Positions 52,811 through 64,000 of a stretch of DNA of 64,000 nucleotides are shown one piece after another (position 1 is the stretch's first letter; every line of letters starts with the position of its first letter). Source of the DNA: Octopus sinensis. Its lineage: Eukaryota. Below the pieces are notes generated by a model, which did not search any database, had not been told where the DNA came from, and was given only the letters and a program-made list of their open reading frames with translations. The DNA is taken from contig NC_043010.1 of the NCBI RefSeq assembly GCF_006345805.1, positions 12,896,001-12,960,000 of the forward strand. The letters run 5' to 3'. The translations under genes and the position numbers were made by a program.

Positions 52811-55020
52811 GTGTTTTATAAATACCTCTCTCTCTCTTTCTTGCACTCTCTCACTGTGTGTGTGTATGTGTGCGTGTGTGTGTGTATGTGTGTGTTTGTG
52901 TGTGTGTGTGTGTATTCTTAGGCGTGTCCTTCAACACTTCCTACACAATTAAAGCCTGCAGTCCATAGATAGATTCAAATCCTTAAGTGGTTCAACTAAA
53001 ACTTCAGTGCAGCAGTACAGGTGGCTTTCAGAAACCTGAGAGACATCTAGCTGTCAGGAATAGGAACCACAATGGCTTGGTATATTACCTGTGATATACC
53101 ACGATAAAGGAAATTCGCCCATCAACTACCTGACATCAAGAAACCTATGCTAAATATAAGAACAAAATGAACGAACTCCTGACTAATCTCCATAATATGG
53201 TGTTGAATGCTGATGTGATTGCAGGCTGATTATGTCAGGTATGTCAGTTTAATTGCTGCATCAAGTTCCAGAGACATCTTAATAGGAAGCAATCTATCAA
53301 GAATCAGAATATCTTCAAGTTAAAGAACAATCAAACTTAATGTTGAAGACTTACTGACAAGTCAGTCCAATGAGTAGGCAGCTCGGATAATTCATTGTTA
53401 TATGCTATCTATATCAATTCAGCGGAACAATTAAGACCAGTCACCTGCGAGATACAATGCTTACTTGATGACAATGAAGACAAAGAAATTCACAAGCTAT
53501 TAACTGGAAAGCACTGCCTGTTTGAATATACCAAATAAAAAAAAAAAAAATATTAAAAAAAATAGCAAGAAAGAAAAAAAAAAATATCAGCTACAGTAAA
53601 GTCTTGAATTAAAAATAAATTAATGTCTTCTGCTACAGAACTGTAAATGTTAGTCCTGATCAAGCTATAAGCATTCTTATTATGCTTGGTCTTTCACTGT
53701 GGAAAAAAAAAAATGTATTAGTTTTTATTAAAATTGTTTCTGCCAGTTCCACTAACTTCATTATACTTAAGAGATACTGAGATAAATAATTCATTTATTT
53801 CATGGTTTTCTTTCTTACGAAGCATTTAAAAAAAAAAAAACTGTTTTTGTTTTTTTTTCATTACCATTTGTTTTGCTATTTTTTATTTATTTATTTATTT
53901 ATTTCTCATCTCAAGATTCCTCAAATAACAAAGATTTTTCTTCTGCTGTTAAAATTGCTGCAAGTGACAGTGAAGCTAAAGCAGGAAAGTAACACACTGC
54001 TTTAGTCTGTCGTTGGTTTAAAATGATAACCTAGCTATTGCTATCTGATCAATGTTGACTACATCGACAGTTCAGCAGGAATAAAATATTCAGGAGGCAG
54101 ATATTTAAGTAAGTTGTAAATACATAGTGAAGCAGCTTATCTGTGCATAAACTGAATGATTAGGCAGCAGAAAGAATTGAACTAGCTTGCAGTAAAAATT
54201 ACTCTACAATGACTCGCAGGCAGATAAAAATTTATAGACAGCATAATAACCAAATTTTTATTTTTCTTTCTTACATTTCATTTTTTTTTTTTTAATCTAG
54301 AAAACTGCATTGGAAAGTTCTGGCAAAGAAACTATATAGATGCCCCAGGGAGTCTCTGACAAAAATTAATTTTGATCTCCTCTTTAAAAAAAAAACAAAA
54401 AAAACTCATAAATTTTTATAATACTCACTTTGTTAAATTGCTCATTAAGTTAGAATTAATTTAGGCTGTAATTTTACATTGTCAGAAACATATTTTAAAA
54501 TTTATTTTGTGATTGATTTTATTTTTATGTCATTGTTTTTTTTTGGTTTTTTTTTTCATATTCTAAAAATTTTCGAATTTACATCCCGTTATCTATTTAC
54601 TGCGGAGTTATTGTGTTGGTGCTTATTGCCAGTTTCCTAAAACGGTGCAGTAACTACTATACTAATGTTCCATTGGTACACAACTGAAGCCTTTGTTTTT
54701 TTTTGTTTTTTTTTTTTTTGTTTGCTTGTTTATCTTTTGTCGTTTACCTTTTATTTTACTTGTTTCAGTCACAGGATTGTGGCCATGCTGGAACACCATG
54801 TTGAAGAGTTTAATCTAACAAATCAACCACAGCACTAATTAATTTTTTTTTAAAGTCTGATTCTTAATCTATTGGTTTCTTTGGCTGAACTGCTAAATTA
54901 CAGGGACGTTAGCAACCCCACAAAACAGTCAGGAGGTGGTGGGGATAATAGTGGTGGTGGGAGGAGCAAACACAAACACAAAGACACACACACACACACG
55001 CACACACATACACACACACA

Positions 55021-55083
<63 letters not shown>

Positions 55084-55127
55084 ACACACACACACACACA
55101 CATACACACACACACACACACATACAT

Positions 55128-55216
<89 letters not shown>

Positions 55217-55750
55217 TGTATATATATGCATATATGATGTATATATATATATAGTCATTTCACATTCAGTCTGATTGTTCTGATTTAGTTTCATCCTTGC
55301 ATGGACATGGATGGCCATCACCATAGAACTTTTCAAAATACAAGATGGATCAAGAAATGAAACGATGGTGACACATTTATACATCACTGAATTTAAGTGA
55401 CAAAATCTCGTACAACACTTTTGTCACTCTCTCGGTACATCACAGTAGTTTCCAGTGACAAGCATTGCAAGATGACCAGTAACTATTTTGACTGTAAGGG
55501 TTGTGTCAAAGATTCTCTCTCCTAGAAGAGTTGCCTTCACCGTAATTTTGTCAAAAATAACAGTAGTCTCCTCTACCCCTGGGAAATTCATTTGGCCTAT
55601 AGATGTAACCCTGACAGATACTAATACTCCGGGTCAGAACAGACCTAGGGAATAGTGGTAATTAAGATGTGACTTCACATTCCCTACAACTTCCGAACTC
55701 CTGAACAGGAACCTCACAATTAAAATACTGTATAAAGCCATATCCGGAAC

Positions 55751-55787
<37 letters not shown>

Positions 55788-56047
55788 GATATAGTGTATA
55801 TTTATACACATAAGGAATCCACTTAGCGTGAGAATCAACACATTAGATAGAACAGCTAGGTTCTGTAAACCACAAATGATTATATATATGATTATGATTA
55901 TATATATATATAACTATAAACTGAGAGACACCACCATACCGAAATAGCAGTCAAACCCTGACTCTAAAAACCACCTAAAATGTTCATATCACACTATGAG
56001 ATAAGACAGAGAGACAAAATAAACTGGCAAAAAGATATTACTGGATA

Positions 56048-56106
56048 ATTCAAGATCCTGGATTTCTGGCTTTGCTTCAAATAAGCTCTGCTTTCATCAG
56101 TTGAAT
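56048..56106 (-). ncRNA. Type I hammerhead ribozyme motif with intact catalytic core
   Basis: AUUCAA-CUGAUGA-[27 nt containing GCUU/AAGC hairpin]-GAAA-UCCAGGA-UC-UUGAAU. Perfect 6-bp stem I, near-palindromic stem III and an AUC cleavage triplet. Confidence 0.72.
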
Positions 56107-56376
56107 ATACCACATTAGCACATAAATACAAATATATATATATACAGAACACACGTTATACTTACATATACGAACGTCCAAACATACATATATATGCACG
56201 TATGTACAAGGCCAGATTTAAATTGCCCGCCAACTACCTCACACACACATATATATATACAAGTGTGTGTGTGTGTGTAAGACAATAAATAATTTTCGTT
56301 TCTTATTATGGAAACAAAAACGATATATAGTGCTGCAAAAAAGAAGTGCTCACGTGAAATTGAGACAGAGACAAAA

Positions 56377-56802
56377 ATCATTGATTAGGGAACAAACATA
56401 AAATTTGGGCAATGACTTTATATAACCCCACACTTCTATACATTTCATCTTATACAAATAACACCATGGCTTTCAACATATAAAAGAAATACATATATAA
56501 ACACCAAACGGAAAAATTTATATATGCACATATAAAAATATATAGAAGGGCCTGTCTGGAAAAATGTATATAAAAATCGACTAAAACAGGTGATTAAAAA
56601 GAAATTTTTCCTGACAGGTCCTTCTATATATTTTTGTATTTTTATATGTGCATATATATATTTTTACCTTCAGTTTTTATAAATGTATTTTTTTATATAT
56701 TGAAGGCCATGGTATTATTTGTATATGATGAAAATGTATACAAGCGTGGGGTTATATGAAGTCATTGGCCCGAATTTGATGTTTGTTTTCTAATCAATGG
56801 TT
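56377..56802. repeat. ~430-bp diverged inverted repeat (fold-back/MITE-like)
   Basis: Left arm (about 56377-56566) is the reverse complement of the right arm (about 56604-56802), for example CATTGATTAG/CTAATCAATG and TATATAGAAGGGCCTGTC/GACAGGTCCTTCTATATA. Confidence 0.85.
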
Positions 56803-56974
56803 TATATAAATATATACTCTCAAACATTCAACCCCCAATGAGGTGTCACACCATCCTATTGGAAAATACCTATTGATTGCAAATGGTGCTACTACAGTAC
56901 AATGAATTTTTTCTGGATTTTTCAAATGGTAAAAGGAATTCATGGACATTCTGTATAACTACATATATAAATAT

Positions 56975-57325
56975 ATTTCTTTATTGCTCACAGGGGGCTA
57001 AACATAGAGGGAACAAACAAGGACAGACAAAGGGATTAAGTCGATTATACCAATCCCAGTGTGTAACTGGTACTTATTTACTCAACCCCAAAAGGATGAA
57101 AGGCAAAGTCGACCCCAGTAGAATTTGAACTCAAAACGTAGCGACGGGTGAAGTACCTATTTCTTTACTACCCACAAGGGGCTAAACACAGAGGGGACAA
57201 ACAAGGACAGACAAACGGATCAAGTCGATTATATCACCCCCCAGTGTGTAACTCAGAACGTAGCGGCAGACGAAATATCGCTAAGCATTTCGCCCAGCGT
57301 GCTAACGATTCTGCCAGCTCACCAC
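56975..57325 (-). mobile_element. SINE family B dimer
   Basis: Two units joined at the AAAGAAATAGGTAC junction. Repeated at 58080-58425. Confidence 0.85.
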
Positions 57326-57917
57326 ATACATAGATACATATATAAAAGGCACTCAAAGCACTAACTCGTTCTCTCTCTCTCTCTCTCTCATGTCCCCCCA
57401 CACACACACATGCACATGCACAAACTTGCGCATGTTCACATACATCATCATCATCCAGGGTTTTAAATCCAGGTTTTGTCCCCGTTGACAGGGGTGGTCA
57501 GACCTACGGCAAAGCCATAGCAACAGAGGTAGGCATTAATTTTTATGCACATGAACTAAATTTCTTTTGAACTTCAAAGAACACAAATATTCTCATTTCA
57601 TTGAACATTCTACTTCTTTCATACCATCATTGTACACTCTATACAGTGGTTGATGTTAGGAAGGGCACCCGGTCTTAGAAACCATGCCAAAGCAAAGAAC
57701 AGACAGCAGAGCTTGGTGCAGTCTTCTTAACAGATGTTAAATGGTGATGGCAGGCAGTGATGGTAATGGCTTTGGTGATGATGATAATGATGATGATGAT
57801 GATGGTGATGGTGGTGGTGGTGGTGGTAATGGTTTTGGTGATGATGATAATGATGATGATGGTGATGGTGGTGGTGGTGGTAATGGTTTTGGTGATGATG
57901 ATGATGATGATGATGAT

Positions 57918-58017
57918 NNNNNNNNNNNNNNNNNNNNNNNNNNNNNNNNNNNNNNNNNNNNNNNNNNNNNNNNNNNNNNNNNNNNNNNNNNNNNNNNNNN
58001 NNNNNNNNNNNNNNNNN
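57918..58017. other. Assembly gap (100 N)
   Basis: Run of N, flanked by an overlapping duplication (56910-57917 versus 58018 to about 59000). Confidence 0.99.
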
Positions 58018-58859
58018 TTTCTGGATTTTTCAAATGGTAAAAGGAATTCATGGCATTCTGTATAACTACATATATAAATATATTTCTTTATTGCTCACAG
58101 GGGCTAAACATAGAGGGAACAAACAAGGACAGACAAAGGATTAAGTCGATTATACCAATCCCAGTGTGTAACTGGTACTTATTTACTCAACCCCAAAAGG
58201 ATGAAGGCAAAGTCGACCCCAGTAGAATTTGAACTCAAAACGTAGCGACGGGTGAAGTACCTATTTCTTACTACCACAAGGGCTAAACACAGAGGGGACA
58301 AAAACAAGGACATACAAACGGATCAAGTCGATTATATCACCCCCAGTGTGTAACTCAGAACGTAGCGGCAGACGAAATATCGCTAAGCATTTCGCCCAGC
58401 GTGCTAACGATTCTGCCAGCTCACCACATACATAGATACATATATAAAAGGCACTCAAAGCACTAACTCGTTCTCTCTCTCTCTCTCTCTCTCATGTCCC
58501 CCCACACACACACATGCACATGCACAAACTTGCGCATGTTCACATACATCATCATCATCCAGGGTTTTAAATCCAGGTTTTGTCCCCCGTTGACAGGGTG
58601 GTCAGACCTACGGCAAAGCCATAGCAACAGAGGTAGGCATTAATTTTTATGCACATGAACTAAATTTCTTTTGAACTTCAAAGAACACAAATATTCTCAT
58701 TTCATTGAACATTCTACTTCTTTCATACCATCATTGTACACTCTATACAGTGGTTGAGTTAGGAAGGGCACCCGTCTTAGAAAAACCATGCCAAAGCAAA
58801 GAACAGACAAGCAAGCTTGGTGCAGTCTTCTTAACAGAGTTTAAATGTGGATGGCAGGC

Positions 58860-59202
58860 AGTGATGTAATGGCTTTGGTGATGATGATAATGTGATGATG
58901 ATGATGGATGATGGTGGTGGTGGTGGTGGGTAAGGTGGGTCATGGTTTTGGTGATGATGATAATGATGATGATGGTGATGGTGGTGGTGGTGGTGGTAAT
59001 GGTTGGTGGATGAGGATGATGTGATGAGGATGATGATGGTGGTGGTGATGGCAGGCAGTGAAGGTAATGGGTTGGTGATGATGATGATGATGATGGGGAT
59101 GGGGGTATGGTTAATGGTTTGATGATGTGATGAGGATGTGGTGTGGGGTGGGAATGGTTTTGGTGATGATGATGATGATGGTGATGGTGGTAATGGTTTT
59201 GC

Positions 59203-59233
<31 letters not shown>

Positions 59234-59345
59234 GGTGGTGGTGGTGGTGGTGATGACGACATGATGACGACGATGATGACAATGATGATTACAGTCAATA
59301 TCATTTACAATGCAATCATCATCATCGTCATCATCATCATCATCA
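58860..59345. repeat. (GAT)n/(GGT)n low-complexity repeat
   Basis: Seen directly. Produces poly-H, poly-D and poly-G pseudo-ORFs. Confidence 0.9.
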
Positions 59346-59769
59346 AGAAAACATAGAAAGCATCGTTACTATCACAATGTCATCAATGTTATTAACATTC
59401 TCTCATTCTCTTATTCTTATATTACGGGTTTCCTTCTTAATCTGAACTACAAATCTGTTCTATTATTCTAAAATTCTGATTCATTCAGATCTGTCCATTG
59501 CAATCACATTTCAAGTTTTCTCTCCCTGTCATTTCATTTCTGATCTGGTTCGCATCTGTTATCAATCTGTGATATCTCTCCTTTTCACTACTCGCCTGTC
59601 AACTTTTCACCACATGCTGATATCTCTCGTTACATTCTAATATTTAGATATCTATCTTCTTTACCAGATAGACACCATCGTTTCTGTACAATGATACACT
59701 ACCATTACAGCAGGGCCCGAGTAATAAGATACATATATATATACATAGATTCATTTATAATATATGTAT

Positions 59770-59809
<40 letters not shown>

Positions 59810-59836
59810 ATCTACAATATATGTATATAACATGTA

Positions 59837-59879
<43 letters not shown>

Positions 59880-60789
59880 ATATATATCTATGTTTGTTAT
59901 TGTGTATGTGATATATATCCAAAAATTGCCAACATGAAGGCAGACGTTAAAAGATGATGATGATGAGGAAGAGGGAGGAGGATGATGATAGCGAATGTGT
60001 GTGTTTGTGTTATATCATATATAAATATATATATTATATATATTGTATATATATATATATAATATATAATATATATATATGTATATATAAAATATATATG
60101 TATATATATAAAAAATATATATGTATATATATATAATATTATATATATATATATGTATATATAAAATATATATGTATAATATATATATCTATATAAATAC
60201 ATATGTATATATATATATATTATATATATATATATATATATACATAAAATATATACACACAAATATATAAGATATGTGTGTGTATGTGTGTATATATATA
60301 TATATATGTATGTAAAAACATTGTTTGATAACACATATACCATGTATGTTTAAATGAAAAGACACACTCTTCTTGTAGATATAATAGAAAATGTGAAATA
60401 AATAATTGCATAGATGTGACAACAGCAGGTGGCCGAGTCAAAAGGGGTTTGAATTATCAACTGAGGTGTTAATATTTTGTAATCTAGTCTCTGGCACTGT
60501 TCGGAATCCATGGTTAATGCATAGAACTCTCAATGGATTAGTCTAGTTTGCTGTAAGTAGTTATCTGTAGATATATAGTTTACCACCATAAGGAGCTACA
60601 GAATGTATATTTTTGATTTTTTTTTTTTTTTCTTCACTTGCAATGCTGAGTTTAATTCCTTCTGAAGAGAAAGACTGAAGCCAGATGAGTCGCTTCGTCG
60701 TGTCTTACCTATAGCAGCATCAAGTATTTCAAGGAAATTACCTGCAAAAAGTAACACTTCTTGTAGGGTACTTTTTTTTTCAATCTTCA

Positions 60790-61545
60790 TTATCATCATT
60801 GTTTAATGCCTGTTTTCCATGCTGGCATGGGTTGGACGGTTTGACAATTTTCATCCTTTCGGGGTCGATTAAATAAGTACCAGTTACACACTGGGGTCGA
60901 TATAATCAACTTAATCCGTTTGTCTATCCTCGTTTGTCCTCTCTGTGTGGGTAGTAAAGAAATAGGTTTGACAATACCTAGCAAGCCCAGAAGACACACC
61001 CGGTTCCAGTTCTGTTTTGACATGGTTTCTACTGCTGGACGCCCTTCCTAGAGCCAACCATTTTACAGAGTGTACTGGGAACTTTTCATGTGGCACCAGC
61101 ATCAGTGCCTTTCACATGGCACTATCACCAGTGCTCTTTATGTGGGACAATCCCCAGCACTTTTAACATGTCACCATCACCATATATCATCATCATCATC
61201 ATCATCATCATCGTTTATCATCCACTTTCCATGCTGGCATGGGTTGGACAGTTTGACTGGGGACTGGTGAGCCAGATGGCTGCACCAGGCTCCATTCAGA
61301 TCTGGCAGAGTTTCTACAGCTGGATGCCCTTCCTAACGCCAGCAACTCTGAGAGTGTAGTGGGTGCATTTACGTGCCACCAGCACAAGGGACAGTCAGGT
61401 GGTACTGGCAACAGCCATGCTCAAATGGTATTTTTACATGTCACCTGCACAGGAGCCAGTCCAGCGGCACTGGCAATGCCCTTGCTCAAATGTTGTTTTT
61501 CACATACCACCGGCACAAGTGCCAGTAAGGCGATGCTGGGGTACA
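60790..61545 (-). mobile_element. Two family D retroposons, the first interrupted by a SINE B fragment (60850-60965)
   Basis: (CAT)n plus TTTCCATGCTGGCATGGGTTGGAC at about 60815 and 61225. The second copy has internal ~60-bp repeats. Confidence 0.75.
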
Positions 61546-61589
61546 TCTTATAGAGTTCCTACCTACGCCTTTTCTACAACGAGCAGAGC

Positions 61590-61832
61590 TATCTACCTGA
61601 AGAGATTTGTGGATTGTCTGCCTTCCTACTTATTAGGACTTTGGTTTTAGCTAGGTTGACTCTAAGGCCCTTCGATTCTAATCCTTGCTTCCACACCTGA
61701 GACTTCTCCTCTAATTCCGATATTGACTCAGCAATTAGAGCAAGGTCATCAGCATAGAGCAGCTCCCAGGGACATCCTGTTTTGAATTCCTCTGTTATTG
61801 CCTGAAGGACTATGATAATTAGGAGGGGGCTA
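61590..61832 (-). pseudogene. RTE LINE reverse transcriptase fragment
   Basis: SPLLIIIVLQAITEEFKTGCPWELLYADDLALIAES...GLRVNLAKTKV, containing the YADD motif of non-LTR RT. Confidence 0.92.
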
Positions 61833-62486
61833 TACAAATATAATATATACATGTCTTTGTGTGTGTGTTTTTGTGTCAGTGTTTGTCATCCCTCAACCAT
61901 TTGACAACCGGTGTTGGTTTGTTGACATCACCATATCTTAGCAGTTTGGCAAAAGACAGCAACAGAATAAGTACTAGACTTTGAAAATACAAACTGGGGG
62001 TAATTTGTTCAACTAAAACCCATGAAAGCATGGAAATGGATGCTGGATGACAATGATGATGAAGAAGAAGATGATGATGATGATGACGACGATGATAACG
62101 ACGACAACAATGACGATAACGATGACGACGACAACAACAATGATGACAATGACGACGACGACGATGATGATATATCCTATTGCTCTGTTTTAGCTTGTTA
62201 TGGTATGTAAGCACAGCCTGAGGATTGCATGAAAACACCAGACATGCTAAAAAATGCTATCTGAAATGTTTTCATCACATGAAACTAATTTAGCTCATAA
62301 ATATATATATACTGTGTTTATCAAATAATATATATATAGCATATTTAATTCATAATAGTTGTCCAACAAGATATATTTTGTCAAACTAACAATTATGGAT
62401 TAAACATTTTATTCCCTCTCAAACTAATTTTTGAGTATTTTTCTTAGTGGGCCAGACATAGCTTCTTTTAACCTGTCACCCACTTC

Positions 62487-62561
62487 AATATATATATATA
62501 TATATAATATATATATAGAGAATATAAATATATATATATATATAGATATATATAAATATAT

Positions 62562-62594
<33 letters not shown>

Positions 62595-62907
62595 GATATA
62601 TATAAATATATATCTATAATATATATATATATAAGCATATATATTATATATATAGATATATATAAAATATATATATATATATATATAGATATATATAAAT
62701 AATATATATATATATAGATATATTAATATATATATATATATATATATAGATATATATAAATCTATATATATATATATATATATATTAATTAATATATATA
62801 TATATATAAAATATATATATATATATATTATAATAAATATATATATTATATAATATATATAAATATATTATATATATATATATATATAAATATATATATA
62901 TATAAAT

Positions 62908-62941
<34 letters not shown>

Positions 62942-62956
62942 TATATATAATCTATA

Positions 62957-63007
<51 letters not shown>

Positions 63008-63084
63008 ATATATATAAATATATATCTATATATATATATATATATAAATATTATAAATATATTTATTATATATATATATATAAA

Positions 63085-63116
<32 letters not shown>

Positions 63117-63439
63117 AATATATTTATATAATATATATAAATATATAATATATATATATATTATATATAAAAATATTATATATATTATATATATAGATAT
63201 ATAATATATATTTAAATATAATATAACTATATATATATATATATAATATATTTATATATATATATATATATATATATTAAATAATATATATATTTATATA
63301 TATAATATATAATATATATATTTATATATATATATATTATATATATATATATAATTATATATATATATATGTATATACTATATATATATATATATATATA
63401 TTCTATTATATATTATATAGGATAGATATATATTATATA

Positions 63440-63474
<35 letters not shown>

Positions 63475-63490
63475 TATATATATGTATATA
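62487..63490. repeat. ~1-kb degenerate (TA)n array
   Basis: Seen directly. Confidence 0.95.
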
Positions 63491-63494
63491 AACA

Positions 63495-63650
63495 AGCTTC
63501 TTCACTTTCCATCTACCAAATCCACTCACAGGCTTTGGTCAGCCTGAAGCTATAGTAGAAGACACTTGCCCAAGGTACCACCACAGTGGGACTGAACCTG
63601 GAACCATATGGTTGGGAAGCACGCTTCTTACCATACAGCCACTCCCTATG
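63495..63650 (-). mobile_element. SINE family A 5' half
   Basis: Head and CORE-like part, adjoining the 1-kb TA array. Confidence 0.8.
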
Positions 63651-63767
63651 TATGTAATATATATATATACTATAATATGTATGTATACTTATAAATATAC
63701 ACACACAATATATATACAATATGTATATCACACACACGCATATATATATATTATATATATACATACA

Positions 63768-63925
63768 TGATGGCTGTCCACTCATGATCAAGGAAAACCA
63801 TTGCTGACCTTCAGGAACATTGTGTGCTCTAGGACTAACTTATATTTTGCACTTGCGGATCCATTGGTGGCTAATGAGCCCTGCTCTTGACAAGCATACA
63901 CACCGCAAGCATTGCAAACCAAGCT
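63768..63925 (-). mobile_element. RTE (BovB-like) LINE extreme 3' end
   Basis: Minus strand: CNAC..VCLSRAGLISHQWIRKCKI*. The 3' stem-loop CTTGATCATGAGTGGACAGCCAT resembles CTCGATAACGAGGGGGCAGCCAT at 35868. Confidence 0.65.
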
Positions 63926-64000
63926 TTCTAATATATACACAGTAGGCTTTTTCACAATTTCTGTCTACCAAATTCACTCTCAAGGCATTGGTCAACCCAG

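Noticed and set aside
52920-53500. Possible decayed LINE or exon sequence
   Set aside because: No open frame or diagnostic motif could be read, so it was left unassigned.
57737-59356. His-, Pro-, Asp- and Gly-rich ORFs
   Set aside because: GAT/GGT simple repeats next to an assembly gap.

Overview
AT-rich, repeat-dominated animal genomic DNA. It is most likely from an octopus or other coleoid cephalopod, inferred from the SINE families and microsatellite load and not from any database search. There is no bacterial or phage system, no CRISPR array, no rRNA and no confidently identifiable host gene. Nearly all listed ORFs are artefacts of microsatellites or SINEs. The window holds more than 25 copies of a tRNA-derived SINE with an internal (TA/TG)n tract (family A), about 15 copies of a Meta-domain-like tRNA SINE (family B), a modular tRNA SINE (family C) and an RTE-related short element (family D). 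It also holds RTE LINE fragments (a YADD RT segment and a C-terminus with three C2H2 fingers), decayed mariner, maT and hAT transposases, non-autonomous Helitrons and a Helentron-like element, TTAA-flanked MITEs, long hairpins and a 100-N gap flanked by a probably artefactual duplication. The most notable signals are: (1) several minimal type I hammerhead-ribozyme motifs in short Penelope-LTR-like fragments, mostly in or beside TA microsatellites, one with an intact catalytic core at 56048-56106; (2) SINE module swapping and head-to-tail SINE multimers; (3) an apparent drop in CpG density after about 11 kb, suggesting a methylated gene body with only weak candidate micro-exons.
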